Assembly: GCA_000934665.2 (NCBI GenBank)
Contig: JYFJ02001319.1
Span: 1 to 64,000, forward strand
Direction: 5' to 3'
DNA from: Catajapyx aquilonaris
Taxonomy: Eukaryota
Length of the DNA: 64,000 nucleotides
Under the pieces are notes generated by a model. It searched no databases, was not told the DNA's origin, and saw only the letters and a list, made by a program, of their open reading frames with translations. Of this stretch, positions 11,301 through 25,500 are shown one piece after another (within the stretch, counting starts at the first letter, position 1; every line of letters starts with the position of its first letter). The translations under genes were made by a program, and so were the position numbers.

Positions 11301-14300
11301 AACCATCACTGTCCAGGTGGCAGCAAAATCATCATCAAATTACACCCTTTCGCAACACTGCTTTTGAAGTGTGTCGCCAGATAAATCAATTGCACCAGAA
11401 GGTAGAAACGACCTGGAGCGTTGGCATACCCTGTAATTGGGACCCATGAAGCCATCAGGAGTTCGGTAATTCTCGTTTTCTCATGTGAAACTTTCTTTCT
11501 TCCAATTACTGTCCGTATTATTCATCCGGCCCCCGAATTAGTTATGATAATCCGCGTATACACGAGTGTTCTCAAAAAGGGGGTGCAAATACATGTATGT
11601 ACATGCACAATGTTTGGTTCATATATGACTAAACAGTGGCTTATGCATTTTGAAGTTGACGTTATGTGTCAGTTTGGCGATATCATATCCGGGAGATGTG
11701 GAAACACTGTTCAATTATGTAATGCCATATTCAGATATGGCAAAGTTTTTTTTTTCGAACTAAATGGTCGTAACGTGCCATAAATTGCGAAGGACAGTCA
11801 GATATAATGGTATAGGTTTGTCCCGTAACTACAGTGCATATCTATTCCTCTTAAAGGTTTGTTGTTTCGTCTGTTTCCATGGCTGCCCCACATGATCGGC
11901 CAATCACAATATGGCTCGTCCACATGGGTTGCAACCAAGAAAATTGGCCCGAAGGGACCACCCACCGTATCCATATATTTTGGTAAAATCAGCTTGACAA
12001 TGTAATGGCCCGATACGAATTGTCCAGCATATGAAACTAGCATATTAAAACTGATCACAAGTTGCCGCTGGCGCCGTCTGAATATCTCAACTTTTTTTCC
12101 TCCATATTCTTTGGCATGTTCAAAGCGGATCTCATGAGATGAGGACAAAAGCAACATGCGGAAAAATAATACAGGATAGTCCACTGCCCAAGTGTTGCCA
12201 TTGTTAACAAATATCTTTTTAACGTGTACTTTGAGGCTATGTATCACCCTGTACATTACAGTGCTTGAATCCAACCTGGATCTGGCTTTTCCATCTTTAT
12301 GGAAAACTGGGCGGGTTCTCTCCAAAAGAAGTTTTTTCTTCTTCTCTTTTTGTTGCTGTTAAGCAGGTGACCTCTGGTGCCCTCGTGGGCGAATTATGAG
12401 GCGGCGAGTCTGCAATTTGGAAGAAATTCCGGACCGCCCGTCTTCAAATTTTGGACCATTACGTCCCTCCTCCTACCATCATAGATTTTCCTATAACTGT
12501 CTCCTTTCGGACTATCCTCAAACAATCGGCGTCCTTTTTTAAACTATAATAGAACCGGACAATGTTTAGTTTACTTTTTTTGTTAAGGGGGTGATCTTCC
12601 CCGATCATTACTTTGACTGACGTTCTTTACGGTAACACCCCACTTAACCCATCATCTCCGACGTGTATTTTCCTTTTTTACCATCCGCCCCCCAGCAGTT
12701 TTTTGGAGCCCAAGTCCTTTTGCGGAAACACACAGAAAAATCTAGGCGATTATCCTAAATTATTAATTTTAGTTCCGTCGAATTTGCATAATCGCCTGTT
12801 TTTTTATATTCAGTTGGCGAGCGAGGCCCCCGATTTCTAAAGGTGAGATAAGAGGGGACTGACACGGAATGGTGCTGGTACAAAATGGCAGAGGGCCTCG
12901 TGTGTAGTAATCCTCAGGAGGTGTGTTTTTTTTCGCAAAATGCTCTCTCTATCATAGTAATTACGCCTATCCGGAGTGAGCAAAATAGAGTTGGGCAAGT
13001 GGGAAATGGGAGTGGTTTCAGACACTTTCTTCACTTCCGCCGACTCTTTTGGAACTCACTATAAGTATAGCAGCTGTCCTTTCAATTCACAGTCAGGAAA
13101 AGTCACCTGTTTTGCTCGAATATGCCCGAATTATTTTTTATTAAATATTTCAACATTTTTAATGAGCAAAATGAAGCACTAACGTAAGTGTCCTAAATGT
13201 AGGACGCTAGCCATTTCTGTGTTAAAAAGAAGTGTGTTTCCTTGAATTTCGACGCTATTCCTGAGGCATAGCCAGGATCATCCCCTGATCCTAATATCAT
13301 CGAATCTGCTTAATTGACACAGGCCTAACCGCACACGTGGATGGAAAATTCCTGCAGGTTTTGTTATGAAAAGGCTCGTGTTAGCCCAGATCCACCGACG
13401 GCTGTCATTGGTTTTGGGTTTAGGCAACCTGCCAGATGTGCAAATAGTGTAATGCCCCGGGCTTGCAGCCGGATAATCCGGGCCCCGGAAACCCCTCTCT
13501 ATATAGACCCATATATGCAGCACCCTCATCGGAGCAGCAGCATCAGCACCTATACCTCTCTCCAGCAGCAGCCCAAACTAGTAATTCACACTCGTGTTGT
13601 GTTAGAGCAGTCCATATGCGGTTAGTTGGCGACCGCCGCGATATCTGGCCCCGTTTCCATTAAAAACCTGATGCCTGCTGGCTCCAAACATGTGTGTTTC
13701 CCTCATATATACGGGCACATGGTGCCCTATGGCCTCGTCAGCAGCCTACAGCAGCATGCAGAGGGGCAGAGGGTCACACCCAGCAGCCTGATGCTGCATT
13801 TCCATCCCATCATCTTGCTGGGGATATACACTCACATGTGCACAAAAAAATATGCGACATGTATAATATGAAGGTGGCTCTCAAAAAATGTGCGCGGTGT
13901 AGCTCTTCTTTGCACCAATTGTGTCAAAAGTGCTGGGTCGTACTTTCGGGCATGTTTCATGTGTGTATCGGTTGTGTTTTGGCGTCCTAAACACACCATA
14001 TTGCATGATACTGGACTGTGGCTCTCATAAAATTTGATGTAACTGGAATTATAAATGGTATTAAAACTGCCAAATATGTCGTACTCCTGGTGAAGCTGAT
14101 GAGCCTCAGTTTTTTGATCGTACATCACTGTATAAAACTATAGAGAGCATTTTGGATACATTCTGTACATGAACAAACGATGCGTAACTTGTTAGTTTGT
14201 ATTGATTACCTGGCAGGAGATCCGAACAAACTATTTTTCTGCCCTTGGTGCGTGTTACTCGAAACTGAAACTATCTTTGGGTGCGCTATCTATTATTAAG

Positions 14301-17300
14301 TGTCATCGTGGTGCCAACAGAAAATAAAGAGAATAATTTTTGTCACGACGAGCCTCCCACTAATTGCAAAACTTCTAAAGTCCAACCCAGCAAAAATGTA
14401 TAGGAGAGGTGACCAAAAACACATTTAAATTTCCCCCTCTTCTTCCAGTGCCCAAGTAAATGTTGGAATAAGTGCAAGGAGAGGAGTAGTAATTAGAAGG
14501 GGGGGAGTAGACCAGAGTGGGTCAGAGGCAGCTGTCTGGATTTGACCGCGGCTCGACCTGGCTGCTGGGCTCAATTGGCACGAGCCGCACTTCCCCTGAC
14601 CCCAAGGCCCGACCGCCGCCTTGCCCGCTGTCACATTTCGCCCACCACGTCAATTAGCCCCGAGCTCTGCCCCCACTCCGACACCCCCCTCTCCTGCATT
14701 TTAATACCCCCCCCCCTGTCCTCCCTCCCTCCAGCAGCTAAAGGGCACTGCAGAAACTCACTCTCTCCCTGCTTTCCCACCCTCCCGTTTTCGCAAAACC
14801 ATACCAGCACCACTGCCCTCCATTTGCTAACATTGTTTTGCCTCCACTACATGAGGTGCAATCAGACATTATTATTTATATTTACAAATTTTAATAATAT
14901 TTCTGTGATACAAAAATAGCCTTTCAGATGTACAGCTAACGTAGTTTGGTGTAATATGACCGGAAAAAACCCGACAGTCATGTAAAGTATCGTCGGAGAT
15001 TGTTGTGACCACCTTTACATATACAGTACTGTATGGGGTGTCTACCAACACTTTCATAAGAAGTTCTACAAACTTTCACTGGGAGTAGCGTAGCCTAAAT
15101 ATTAATTTTGCAAAATGCGTGCATGTTTGCAATGCGTTATGACCTCATTGACACCTTTGCCTCACTTTATGAGAGAATTTGCAGTTGCTCTCAAAATTCT
15201 GTAAACATCAGAAATTTTACACTGGCTTTACGTTTGTATATAGCAATGTTAATTGATTACTGTATCAAATTATTGCTTATCTGTACTCATTGTAATTCGA
15301 ACGCAATTGTTTTTAGGTAATGAAATTAGCAATATATTGTGCTCAGTATAGGCCTATTATAAAATGTGGATGCATAAACATGTCACTATTATCAAGATAT
15401 GAAGTCTATGCATTCAAGAATGACAGAAATGCAAACGTCGATTGCGTGCCCTTTAGTAAGATGTTTGTATTACTCAATGCCAGATGGTAAGTTATGATTT
15501 CCGCATTTAAAAGCCCTATATCTTGCATATCCATCGCCTACACGATTTTTTTTAAAGTCCACACTGTCGCTGAATTAGTTTTTGCATAATAATGTCAAGA
15601 GCAGCAGACGGCAGCCCCTGTTATTGTCGCGCAAAAAAAATGATATCCGATGTTAATAATCTACTCCTCAGCCAAGGTGACACGATGAAAAAGCGAAAAC
15701 ACTGGCCGGGATTAACGTCACGAATCAAACAGCAAACTTTGTGACACTTGTCTCCACTCAGCCCACGACAGGCGACATGTTCTTATATGTATTATATTTT
15801 CCCCCACCTCATGATGCGTAATACCACCGACAGCAGCTGTCGACAGAATCAGTCCTACCAACCCCTCATTTCAATATCTTATTTCATTGCAGAAATAACT
15901 TGTTAATATGTTCAGCAACTATTGCACTTAATTTAATTTAATTTAATAACATTACGTACTTGCTATAACCTGGCAACCGTTGGCATCACTGCTTGTATAG
16001 GATGAAGATGCGACAGGTGGAGGTTTATTATTAAAACCTGGCTCCCTTTATTATTAATTATTGGGTCCGGGTCCCGGTGTGGTATCTTCGCAGCAGATGA
16101 GATACCCTCCTCCCCTACTGGCTGACTCCGATGATGATGGCCCCTGCTTGCTCTCTACCCTTTTTAATTGGATCCATTTCTCAGCGACACGCTGTCAAAG
16201 TTGACTCTGGGCCCAAGTGACAAGGGGACCCTGGGCCTGGATGCAGCTTAAGCCTTAATTTCCGCGCCAATCCAATTGGCCTTCTCTTCCTTACTTAATT
16301 TGGGCCCTTGCTACGTCGTAATATGGGTCCTTTTTGGGGAGATGGCGCCTTCTCACATCATGAGAGTGGCCAACCGTGGGCAGGATTTCCTTCCCCGGGA
16401 GATGAAAAAGAATCCAGGCCTAATTATGTCCCGGTTCCTGCTCCAATTATAAGGATACCCAGAATTCGTACACTTTCTTGGCACATGGATTATCATATTC
16501 TGGGAACCGCGACAAGGTTCTAATCGGGCCTAATTGTGTCAGGCCGACGGGATGTACCACTTCCCTACTCATCACTGACTCACAATCGATGTTTTCTTAG
16601 GTCCGACAGTGCGCTGGAGCAATTTTGCTGTTTGTATTATTAAGCAGTGTATACTCACAAATTGTTATTGCCGCAAATTCAGTTTTTCCGCAGCACCTCA
16701 GGACATTACATTGCGTGAGAGTACGAATTACTTCCAGCAGTATTTTTTTACGCAGTTTAATGGCAAATTGCGACTTCCTTCGGGAATGGTGGATTAATAT
16801 TCGATAGCAGATGTGATATGTGACAGTGATCACACATGCGTGAAATGTGGAGCGCATAATTATATGTCTGCACTGATTATTACCATCACGGTTTACTTCC
16901 AGCATTAGGTTTGCCTCAAGTCTTTCGAATATTTCTCACAAATTATCTGTCAATTATTAGAAGTGAAATCCTTTTTTGTGGGAGGTACCTTTTGAATTAT
17001 TTCCATTGCAGATGTGTTCACACGAGAGCTTGGCATAAAATGCAACTCTGTTATGTACTCTATAAATGCGTGTACGAAGTATTGCAAAATTCCCCACATT
17101 CCTAGCATATTCCACGATGACATACGTGATAGTAAATCTTCCCTCATGTCGATGTGTGTTTAGCAATGCTCCACTTTTCCCCTTTTTTCTCTCTCCGCTC
17201 TGATCAGGTATACGATGGGAATCATGGGATGAACATTACAACAATAGACATCAGTCTGGAAAAATAGTTATTCCGGCAAATAAAATTGCGCCAATCATTT

Positions 17301-18413
17301 ACTTGCGCCGTCTTTTTTCGAGACAATAAAATGATTGAATATGTAATAGGTGTTTCAGTTTCATATTAGGCCTACTGTGAAAAATGAATAGTAAATACGG
17401 CACATCAAGATAATAATTTGTGTTATAGTAAATTATATTATCTGTAGAGGGTGTGCACTATTCCCCAGGGAACTTGTGCTTGGGGAAGTGTACATCCCAT
17501 AAAATACCGACTGAAGTGTATATGCACACCACGCATCGTTGCATAATAATAGCATTATGATCTGAGTCAGCAGAGAATTTGCTCACTTTTTCCTGCCCAT
17601 TATGCGGTAACTGTAATCCCAATCTGTTACATAGGGAGAGCATTTCATGCACAAAACGTTTTGCGAGTTTCGCCAAAAAAATTTAAATGTGAAAAACAGC
17701 CTGAATGATAAATTATTTGTACGTCGAAATTCAGGTACAATTTACAGTACACACTACAACAATAATTGTCAGAAATATATTGGATTGCTCTTTTGACACT
17801 CGCGTCAGGCTATACGGACAAAATGTTCCTACATTATTAACAAAATATTCGCCTGAATACTGCATAGGTGTCAAAATAAATTAATAAAATGAAAATAACG
17901 ACAGTTCAAAGGTTGGCAGGTGTATACTGCACTGTGTACACTGTACTGGATGGTCCTAAATATTTGCACTTCTTCTCAACTTATAGTCAATTTGTTACAA
18001 TATTTCCAGACCACATTAGCTATGCACTAGATTATTTTTGGCGAACTATAGAGGCTTTATACTACGTATGTATAGGCAATTTCATGTTAATTTTTGTTTT
18101 GCCATGCACTAAATGCCTGAGAAGAGAGGTAATCTTGAGCTCTATATTCCACCACTATATAACATCCCTTGCTCGTCTGCTTGAGACACACTGTAGGATG
18201 TAGAGGAAAGCTTCTTTTCTGTTTTACTGTGATTAACATGTGCCGCTGGATGAGAACTATAGATTTAATTTAAAAATCGGTTTGTTCTTGCGCTTTGGAA
18301 TACCGTGTAACTTGTTAATTTTAAATAGAATAATGCATGAGATAGGCCTATATCAGGATGCACATTGTGTAGGCCTATAGTTGTAAGCCTTCAATTCATC
18401 GTGTACAATGTAG

Positions 18414-19545
18414 TATATGGGTGATTCTCCAAAAACTTACCAATACCATGTCCCAGCATAATAACTCAAAAATGGCTCTTGACTGAGAGAGTTGATTTTT
18501 TAAACATTTGGAGAAGCAGTTGACACCTAGCCATCCCCATGAAAACAAAGAAAAATATTAAATTAAGTTTTACTGCAAAAAATGTCAAATGGCCTAAAAT
18601 CACTATTCTTGGCATGTCCCGATCTCATTTTAAAGCATGCTATATTTTCTTACAATTTTATTATTAACATTAGACAAGTTTCAATACTATAATTAAATTG
18701 TACATAGTTGCAGGTATAAAACAACATTTTTAAAACGATTTATTCATTTGACATGACCTTGCTGCATCACTCCAAAGTGTGTCCCGAGTTTTCCCGGAAA
18801 TAAAAAGTTCCCACTCCTGGCTCATTTTTCTATGTCACAAAATAGCTTAAATATTTTGAAATAACTGTGATACCATGGCATGAAGGGTATTCTTGAACCC
18901 ACAGAAATTTCCAGAGTCAACGTTTGTTCTGGACCGTGATATTAATCCTAATCGATCCTAATGCATCCAAAGGTCAATTCTTCTGGCTCCCAAACTCCCG
19001 GAAATAAAAAGTTCACACTCCTGGCTCATTTTTCTATGTCACAAAACAGTTTAAATGTTTTGAAATAACTCTGATTCCATGGCATGAAGGGTCTTCTTGA
19101 ACCCACAGAAATGTCCAGAGTCAATGTTCGTTCATGACCGTGATATTAATCCTAATGCATCCAAAGGTCATTTTTCTCCCGGAAATAAAAAGTTCACACT
19201 CCTGGCTCATTTTTCTATGTCACATAATAGCTGAAATGTTTTGAAATAACTGTGATTCCATGGAATGAAGGGTCTTCTTGAACCCACAGAAATCGCCATA
19301 GACAACGTTAGTTCTGGACCGTGATATTAATCCTATTGCATGCATAGGTCATTCTTCTGGCTCCCGAACTCCTGGAAATATTCACTCTTCTGGCATTAGA
19401 ATATCAGAATTAGTTCTCCATATTTTTCCCTGATTTGTGACCTCATATAGAGTAAGTGAGAATATTTCCAGATTTTTAAAACAAGTTTTGAAATTCATTA
19501 ATTCTTGCTTTGAAAATGGTAAGTTTTTGGAGAATCACCCATATA
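18414..19545. mobile_element. ~1.13-kb non-autonomous TIR DNA transposon with an internal tandem array
   Basis: Perfect 29-bp inverted termini TATATGGGTGATTCTCCAAAAACTTACCA (18414-18442) and reverse complement (19517-19545); the outer TA or TATA is the probable TSD. No coding capacity. Confidence 0.85.
18793..19380 (+). repeat. Tandem array of ~3 copies of a 181-204-bp unit inside the TIR element
   Basis: Units begin CCCGGAAATAAAAAGTTC at 18793, 18997 and 19178, with a truncated CCTGGAAATA at 19371. Shared blocks include CTCCTGGCTCATTTTTCTATGTCACA, CTTGAACCCACAGAAAT and GACCGTGATATTAATCCTA. Confidence 0.93.
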
Positions 19546-22500
19546 CGGTAGGTTACAGTAGTTGCACTTTAATACATAATTTGAAATCCATGAACGCTTG
19601 TAATTTAATTTGTATTCTCTAGAATTACTGGTAAGAAAACACGCAATATGAAAATTAAGGCGTAAGTAGTGGTTGTAATTTTGCAATACCATCTCTTGGT
19701 AAAACTATTTTTTACATCATCTGTCCAGCCCTGAGTTCATTATTTTATATTCTCTACTTATCAGGAATATTGTTATTATAGCAAAATGATTTTGCAATAA
19801 TTAAGTTCCATTCAATTCAGTTTGATCATTGCACGTGCTGCAAGGATTAATTGCCGAGCCCACAATTGGCGAAATATTAAATAGGTTCCAGGAACAATGG
19901 CTGGTGATTGTAGCCATAATCACCTTTGTTCCGTTGACTGCAGCGATTTAGACACTACCTGCTATTTTGAACTGCATAATTCCAATTAGATTTCTGCTGT
20001 ACATGATTGACTTTCACTAGGGCAGCCTGTGAATTTATGTTTCAATTTTCATGTCATAATAAATACATAATAAATAGTGAAACCTATACATCGATAGCGC
20101 AGTCTCTTTGTTCCGAAAAATTCCGTACTAAGTAAGCAAGTTCTCGTCAGTGCGGATTTTTTCCCTGAACGATTTGACTACTTCAGACGGGTTTCACTGC
20201 ATACAGTAGGCCTACATTCCATGGTTGAATAGCATGCACGTTTAAGATATATGGAACCACACTCGTGAACTTGGTAAGGGTAAGTCTGCTGGTTTCAATC
20301 AAAAGCAAAAGTCTACACGTATAATATTAATTTGAAACACCCCATCCATTCAGTTGGCTTTTCATGTCAATTGATAGGCCTATATCTCAGGCCGTTCTAA
20401 ACATTATTGACAGATTATTTCTTCAGTTAGAACTACGCGAATCAAAAATTTCCAGAATATTTTTCTGCACATTCAGAAATTCATCGACCTAGAAAAACTT
20501 TTAACAGTCGCGAAAGTACCCTATCACTTGAAGCCGCTAACCGACCACTATTTCTGGGTTCTATTAGTTCCATTAGATGTCTTATCTACATTACTCTATT
20601 TAATAATAATGTTAGGAAGCACGGATATAGTCTTCTAACTATGGCCACAGGCAGCATTTTCTCGACACACTGGGGTTTTTCATGACACTTTTGAAATATG
20701 GAATTTTATCCTTCTTCCAAGAAAATTATTTCCATCCGGTAAAAACATTATACGTATCTCCCCTCAGTGGTCTTTTTGCAAGTAGAAAACGTATAGGCAA
20801 TATTTTTTGTGTTTTTTTATTTGCATAAACTGTGGTTTTGATTCAGTTCTTTATAATGCTTCAAAACTCCTTATTTTGCTTATTACATCAATCTTTATAT
20901 GCCGTCGACCTAATTAACGCTTCTTTGGTCGTGATATGTACAGGTAAAAGATAGCAAATTCTTAACGAAATTCTGTCACATAAACGTCACCGCCACAGTA
21001 GTGTCCAAAATATTCCCAAAAATTATTTTGACTGCAGGTTTTTCGTCATGAATTTCTAACCCGTTCGTCAATGAACTGTATATAAAATTCCAGAAATAAT
21101 AATAATAGCTGAGTGTGTGTTCGTAATAATATTTTTCAAAATTATACTATTGAGGGAACATCTTGCCGATGTATTTTCGACTTTTAATAATTATATACCT
21201 CTATATATACCCTCACATGATAGGCAGAGCATATTCTTGTGAGTTCGGACCTACACCGGAGAAAACTGTACAGGTATATGTAAAATACTAAGCTACACAA
21301 GAAGGGCAATGACTACATTGTCACTTACATAGCAATGAAACCGTAATTATCTGACAAATGCCTGCAACCTGCGGAATGTAATGCGTGAGAAAGTTTCCGA
21401 ACTATTGATACTCCATGCAAAACACTGAACAATTTCCGCTCTTTAAAAAAACCTCCAAGCATTTTCCTGCCACATTTTACCCTCCACCCCCTATTGTAAC
21501 CAAGTGCATGCAACGACGCAGGTAAACGTGTTACGTCTGTCGCGTTTTTCTTCTACTTCAGTATCCTGCTCCTTTTCATTGTGCCAGCCAAATAACATCC
21601 TTCCCGCAAAAAAAACATGCCTTTTCACACTCTAACTGTTAAATATAAAAAAAGAGAGGATTGCACCCCTTTTGTGTGTGTGTCCCGAAGCACAGGAACT
21701 TGGCACTTTTCGACCGGACCTGAAGTGCGTACGGCTGGTTGCCTGAAGGGAAGGATCTTCCTCCTAAACATTAAATTGGCCCCTTTCACTCCCTAATTTC
21801 TTCACCTACCTTTTCAAGTGCAAACGTATCTTGCCAAAAGGGCTCTCATCATACTAAGCGATGCACCACCTTCTTCCTCCCGATGCAGGTGACATCACTC
21901 CTGAAATTATACTACTTCATATCAGAAGGTGAGACTCAGGCCATATGTCTCCACCTCTTCCTGCTGTTTCTAGACACGGAATCGGTCGTACAGGGAGGGG
22001 TCATGTGTTGGGTTAATAGCTTCAGCACTTGATAAAACTCGCTGTTAATATATTTTAATATCAACCATGTATTCGTTGTTTGGTCGTGTAATCTCGGTGA
22101 TTTATGCCTTCCACCTCCAGTCAGAATTGCAAATGGCGCCTTGTGGCCAACAAGTCTGCCCCAGGTGTGCACATGGGCACCTGTGTGCTGGACCTTTCTT
22201 TTTACGGGCGATCTTCCAGATATATAATAAGGGTGGAGTCCAGGGCAGCTATACTGCACCCATACCACGATAAACTTCATTTTGGACGTATCTTAACAAC
22301 AAAAGGAAGGTGCAGCCGGAAGAGCGTGTTATTGAGAATTGATGGCATCCGCGATGATTTCGCAAATGTTGCAAAATCTTGGGCGAGGAAGGAATTATTC
22401 TACTTCAACATCTGGGCGAGGATTTTTACGTAATCTACTAGTGGGGGTATACTATACACACACCTAGTCATGCTTTTTGGGCCCAAAGAGTCGCTTTCTA

Positions 22501-25500
22501 TCTCCTTAAATCCGCCTCTTTATCAGTTGGTGACGCGACATCGTAATATTGCTCTACCCTGGCTTTCATTTTTCTTATCAGGTCTACAAAACCTGCTGTT
22601 TCTGGTCTATGTAATCGCTATATGGTAATTCAATTTCACCCGCTTTTATCAAAGCCTGTCAAAGTTGTAAGTTGACAAATGGAATTGCACTTTTCTACTT
22701 TCATATATTAATGCTCATTCGCTTACGGGATTACCAAGATTGTGTTTGTCAACTCAGCAGCAGCTACAGTTGCAATACTGAATCGCAAAGCCAAAAATTT
22801 TCTTCTCAAAATTTATGGGATGTAACCATGTAAGACTTACCGAATGTAACATAACCATGTTCTTTTAAGCACACCTTTTTGCAAATTGCCTTGCAGCTTT
22901 GACAAGTAGTGCAGGACCAGAATGGCATGTCAGTTCTGGCAGCATAATTTCTCATAGTAATTGATAACACGTTAAACAGGATGCTCCTGTCATAACACTG
23001 AATGTGAATATTAATCTACCAGCTGAAGTCACATCACACACCGCATTCCCAATTCAGTCTGTTGACATTCCATCATTTGATTCCGATAAACTTATGACAT
23101 ATCACACCTCGAGACTTAATCTCCTCAAATATGGAATCACCCAACTCAAACATGTCCAACATGTCGTGACCAACTCTCCGATATATCATGGGTCTACAGC
23201 CCTCAAAGAAGCATCGCCGTAATTAAGAAAACAGCTCTCCTTGATTTAAACTAGAGGCCGGCTCGGATCAGAAGAGCCCACAAAGCACCTGCAACAAGTA
23301 ATGCAGCCCACGTTGACATCTGTGGAACCAACGCTACCCGTGTACTCAGCGAATAGACAGACTCGCAGGGCCGCCACAGCCCAAAACTGATGATGACCAC
23401 ATAAAAACCGGCCGAGTTGGATAGCCAGGGTGGGGGCCACGTTTTCCATTGGAAAAACCAGAAGACTTGTCTAATCAATGGCGTCAGGTGGAAAAATGGC
23501 GACCAGTGCTTGGAGGGGTCATAGAGTTAGTTTTTTTCCCCCACTCTAGTAGTGTAGAGAGTTTGGTGGGGGGGACGAGGACGCCCCCACAGCCTCGGGG
23601 AGCCATCTCGGAGGACACGGCCCAGCTCTCCTAATGGATGTGTCGTCTTTGTTTCCCGCCTTGACAACACGGTTCCCCCATTAAAACGTCGCCTCTATCA
23701 CGCTCATCGGCGGAATAACGGATGGTACGGGCCGGAGCGGGCTCCCAAGACAAATGGGGCCCTCCTCTCTGGACACCCCACTCTCCTTCTACCCTCCTCC
23801 TCCATCCCCTACTTTTTTTTTACCAAACAAAAAAAAAGAAAAAAAAGAAAAATCGAGTGGGGGTACACAGCGGGATCGGCGCTTTGCTTAATGGTTCTTG
23901 TCTCTGGGAGTAGGCGGGGGGTTTTGCCTTTTCGTATACGTGTTGTGCACGTGTGGTTGGGGAGTTACCAAAACTTTTTTTTATTCTGAGGAGGAGGGGG
24001 TTTACTAACGCTTTCCATTAGGTTTTATAGACTATTGAGTGCGGTGACCGCGGTTAAAGTGATAGAGATGTATGTCAACATGGATACTCAACTTTACGCC
24101 TTTATTCCGTTGTTGTGTAGGGTGCCCAACATGGGCTCAAAAGGGGAGAACACATCATACCAATGAAGTAGGGACTAACTGGAACAAATTAAGTATTACA
24201 CTCTTCACTATACGAGCAGGACTTGCGAATTAGATAAGGCAAAGTGATGCGGATCCAGTGTAGGCCTACTTAAGGTGCACATACTTTTGAGTTTATGAGT
24301 GTACCATTTGTTGTAATCCTTCATCACATCACATATGGTGTATATCTCTATATATACCCAAATAAAATATGAAATAATATCCTGGCGTGTAGGCAACCAT
24401 CCGTGCGACCGTGCATCGCCAATTTAAATTGTAGGCATTTTAAATATTTTAAACGACCATCTGCTTACTGCTTAGATTTAGAAAGCAGTGTCCAAAGACG
24501 TTCGTCACCCTAAAACGGTACTGGTATTCTTACGGAAGAGTCCGTATACTCATGGCCGTTCCCAGAATCTTGGTTGTGGTTATTTTTGAGACACTTCTTT
24601 CCCGCCTTCAAGCTCATTAAAAAGCACAAGACGGATGCAAGGTGTGCTGGGAGGTCAGAAGGTTACTCCTTGGGATTAGACTTAATTAAGGGTGCAAGAA
24701 CGATTGTAGAACATAACTTGAAGATGTGCTTTTTTTAAAGGGGAGGGAGCTTTTTGAAAGCTGCTCACACCGCCAAAAAAGTTACTGATCTAATTTTTTT
24801 GACAGGGGGTGTGGCGCGGCAATTACTGCGCACAATGTGGCGATCAAGGAGGGTGAGGTCTGAGGGTTCCCTTTCATCAGAAAATATTGTGGAAATAACT
24901 GTTGTATAGGTTCGTTGAATCGATAATATATTGCTAGGCTTTTTCTTGGAAACAGTTAATAGAGCTGTAAAAATATTATTTTTAGATTTTCCCATACGTT
25001 TTGGCGGGACTGAAAATTAATATCCTAGGCTTATACCCAATGAAAGCGGATCAGTTTACATATGTGTGTACATTTTCATAATATGTAATTTGGAATAACC
25101 ATAGAGCATAGAATGATGATCATCATTATTTTAACAGTAGGCCTATATACAGTCGATACTGTACATTTTATAAAAATTTATAACACGTGTGCTGCATATA
25201 GTTTGTGCAAACTTCTGTAGCTATATAATGGATCAGTCTCCGGAAGAGAAGAGTGGATTTTAAATCCCATGGCTCATTATGGCTCTATACGTGTAAAATT
25301 GGCTTACGCCAACTTTTCCTTTTGTAACTTATACGCTGCTCTTTTGTTCTTGGTATAGTGAAGGGGCCAATGAGGATTACAGGGGTTACAAACTATTTCC
25401 TGATAATTGAGCTAACAACCTCAGCCAATCGCCCGGAAATATCTTATTACCCAGCAACTGTTGTGGACTTTTTTTTAGCCCATTCCCAATGCATCACATT

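Noticed and set aside
11798..12325. 175-aa minus-strand ORF
   Set aside because: No recognisable domain or coding-like composition. It spans a lone CACCCTGTA mariner-like end (~12245) whose partner I could not find.
12364..13109. CAGGTGAC ... GTCACCTG as hAT-like termini
   Set aside because: Only an 8-bp inverted match with no TSD; within chance expectation.
18793..19380. CRISPR-like array
   Set aside because: Units are contiguous ~190-bp tandem copies with no unique spacers, in eukaryotic DNA with no cas genes.
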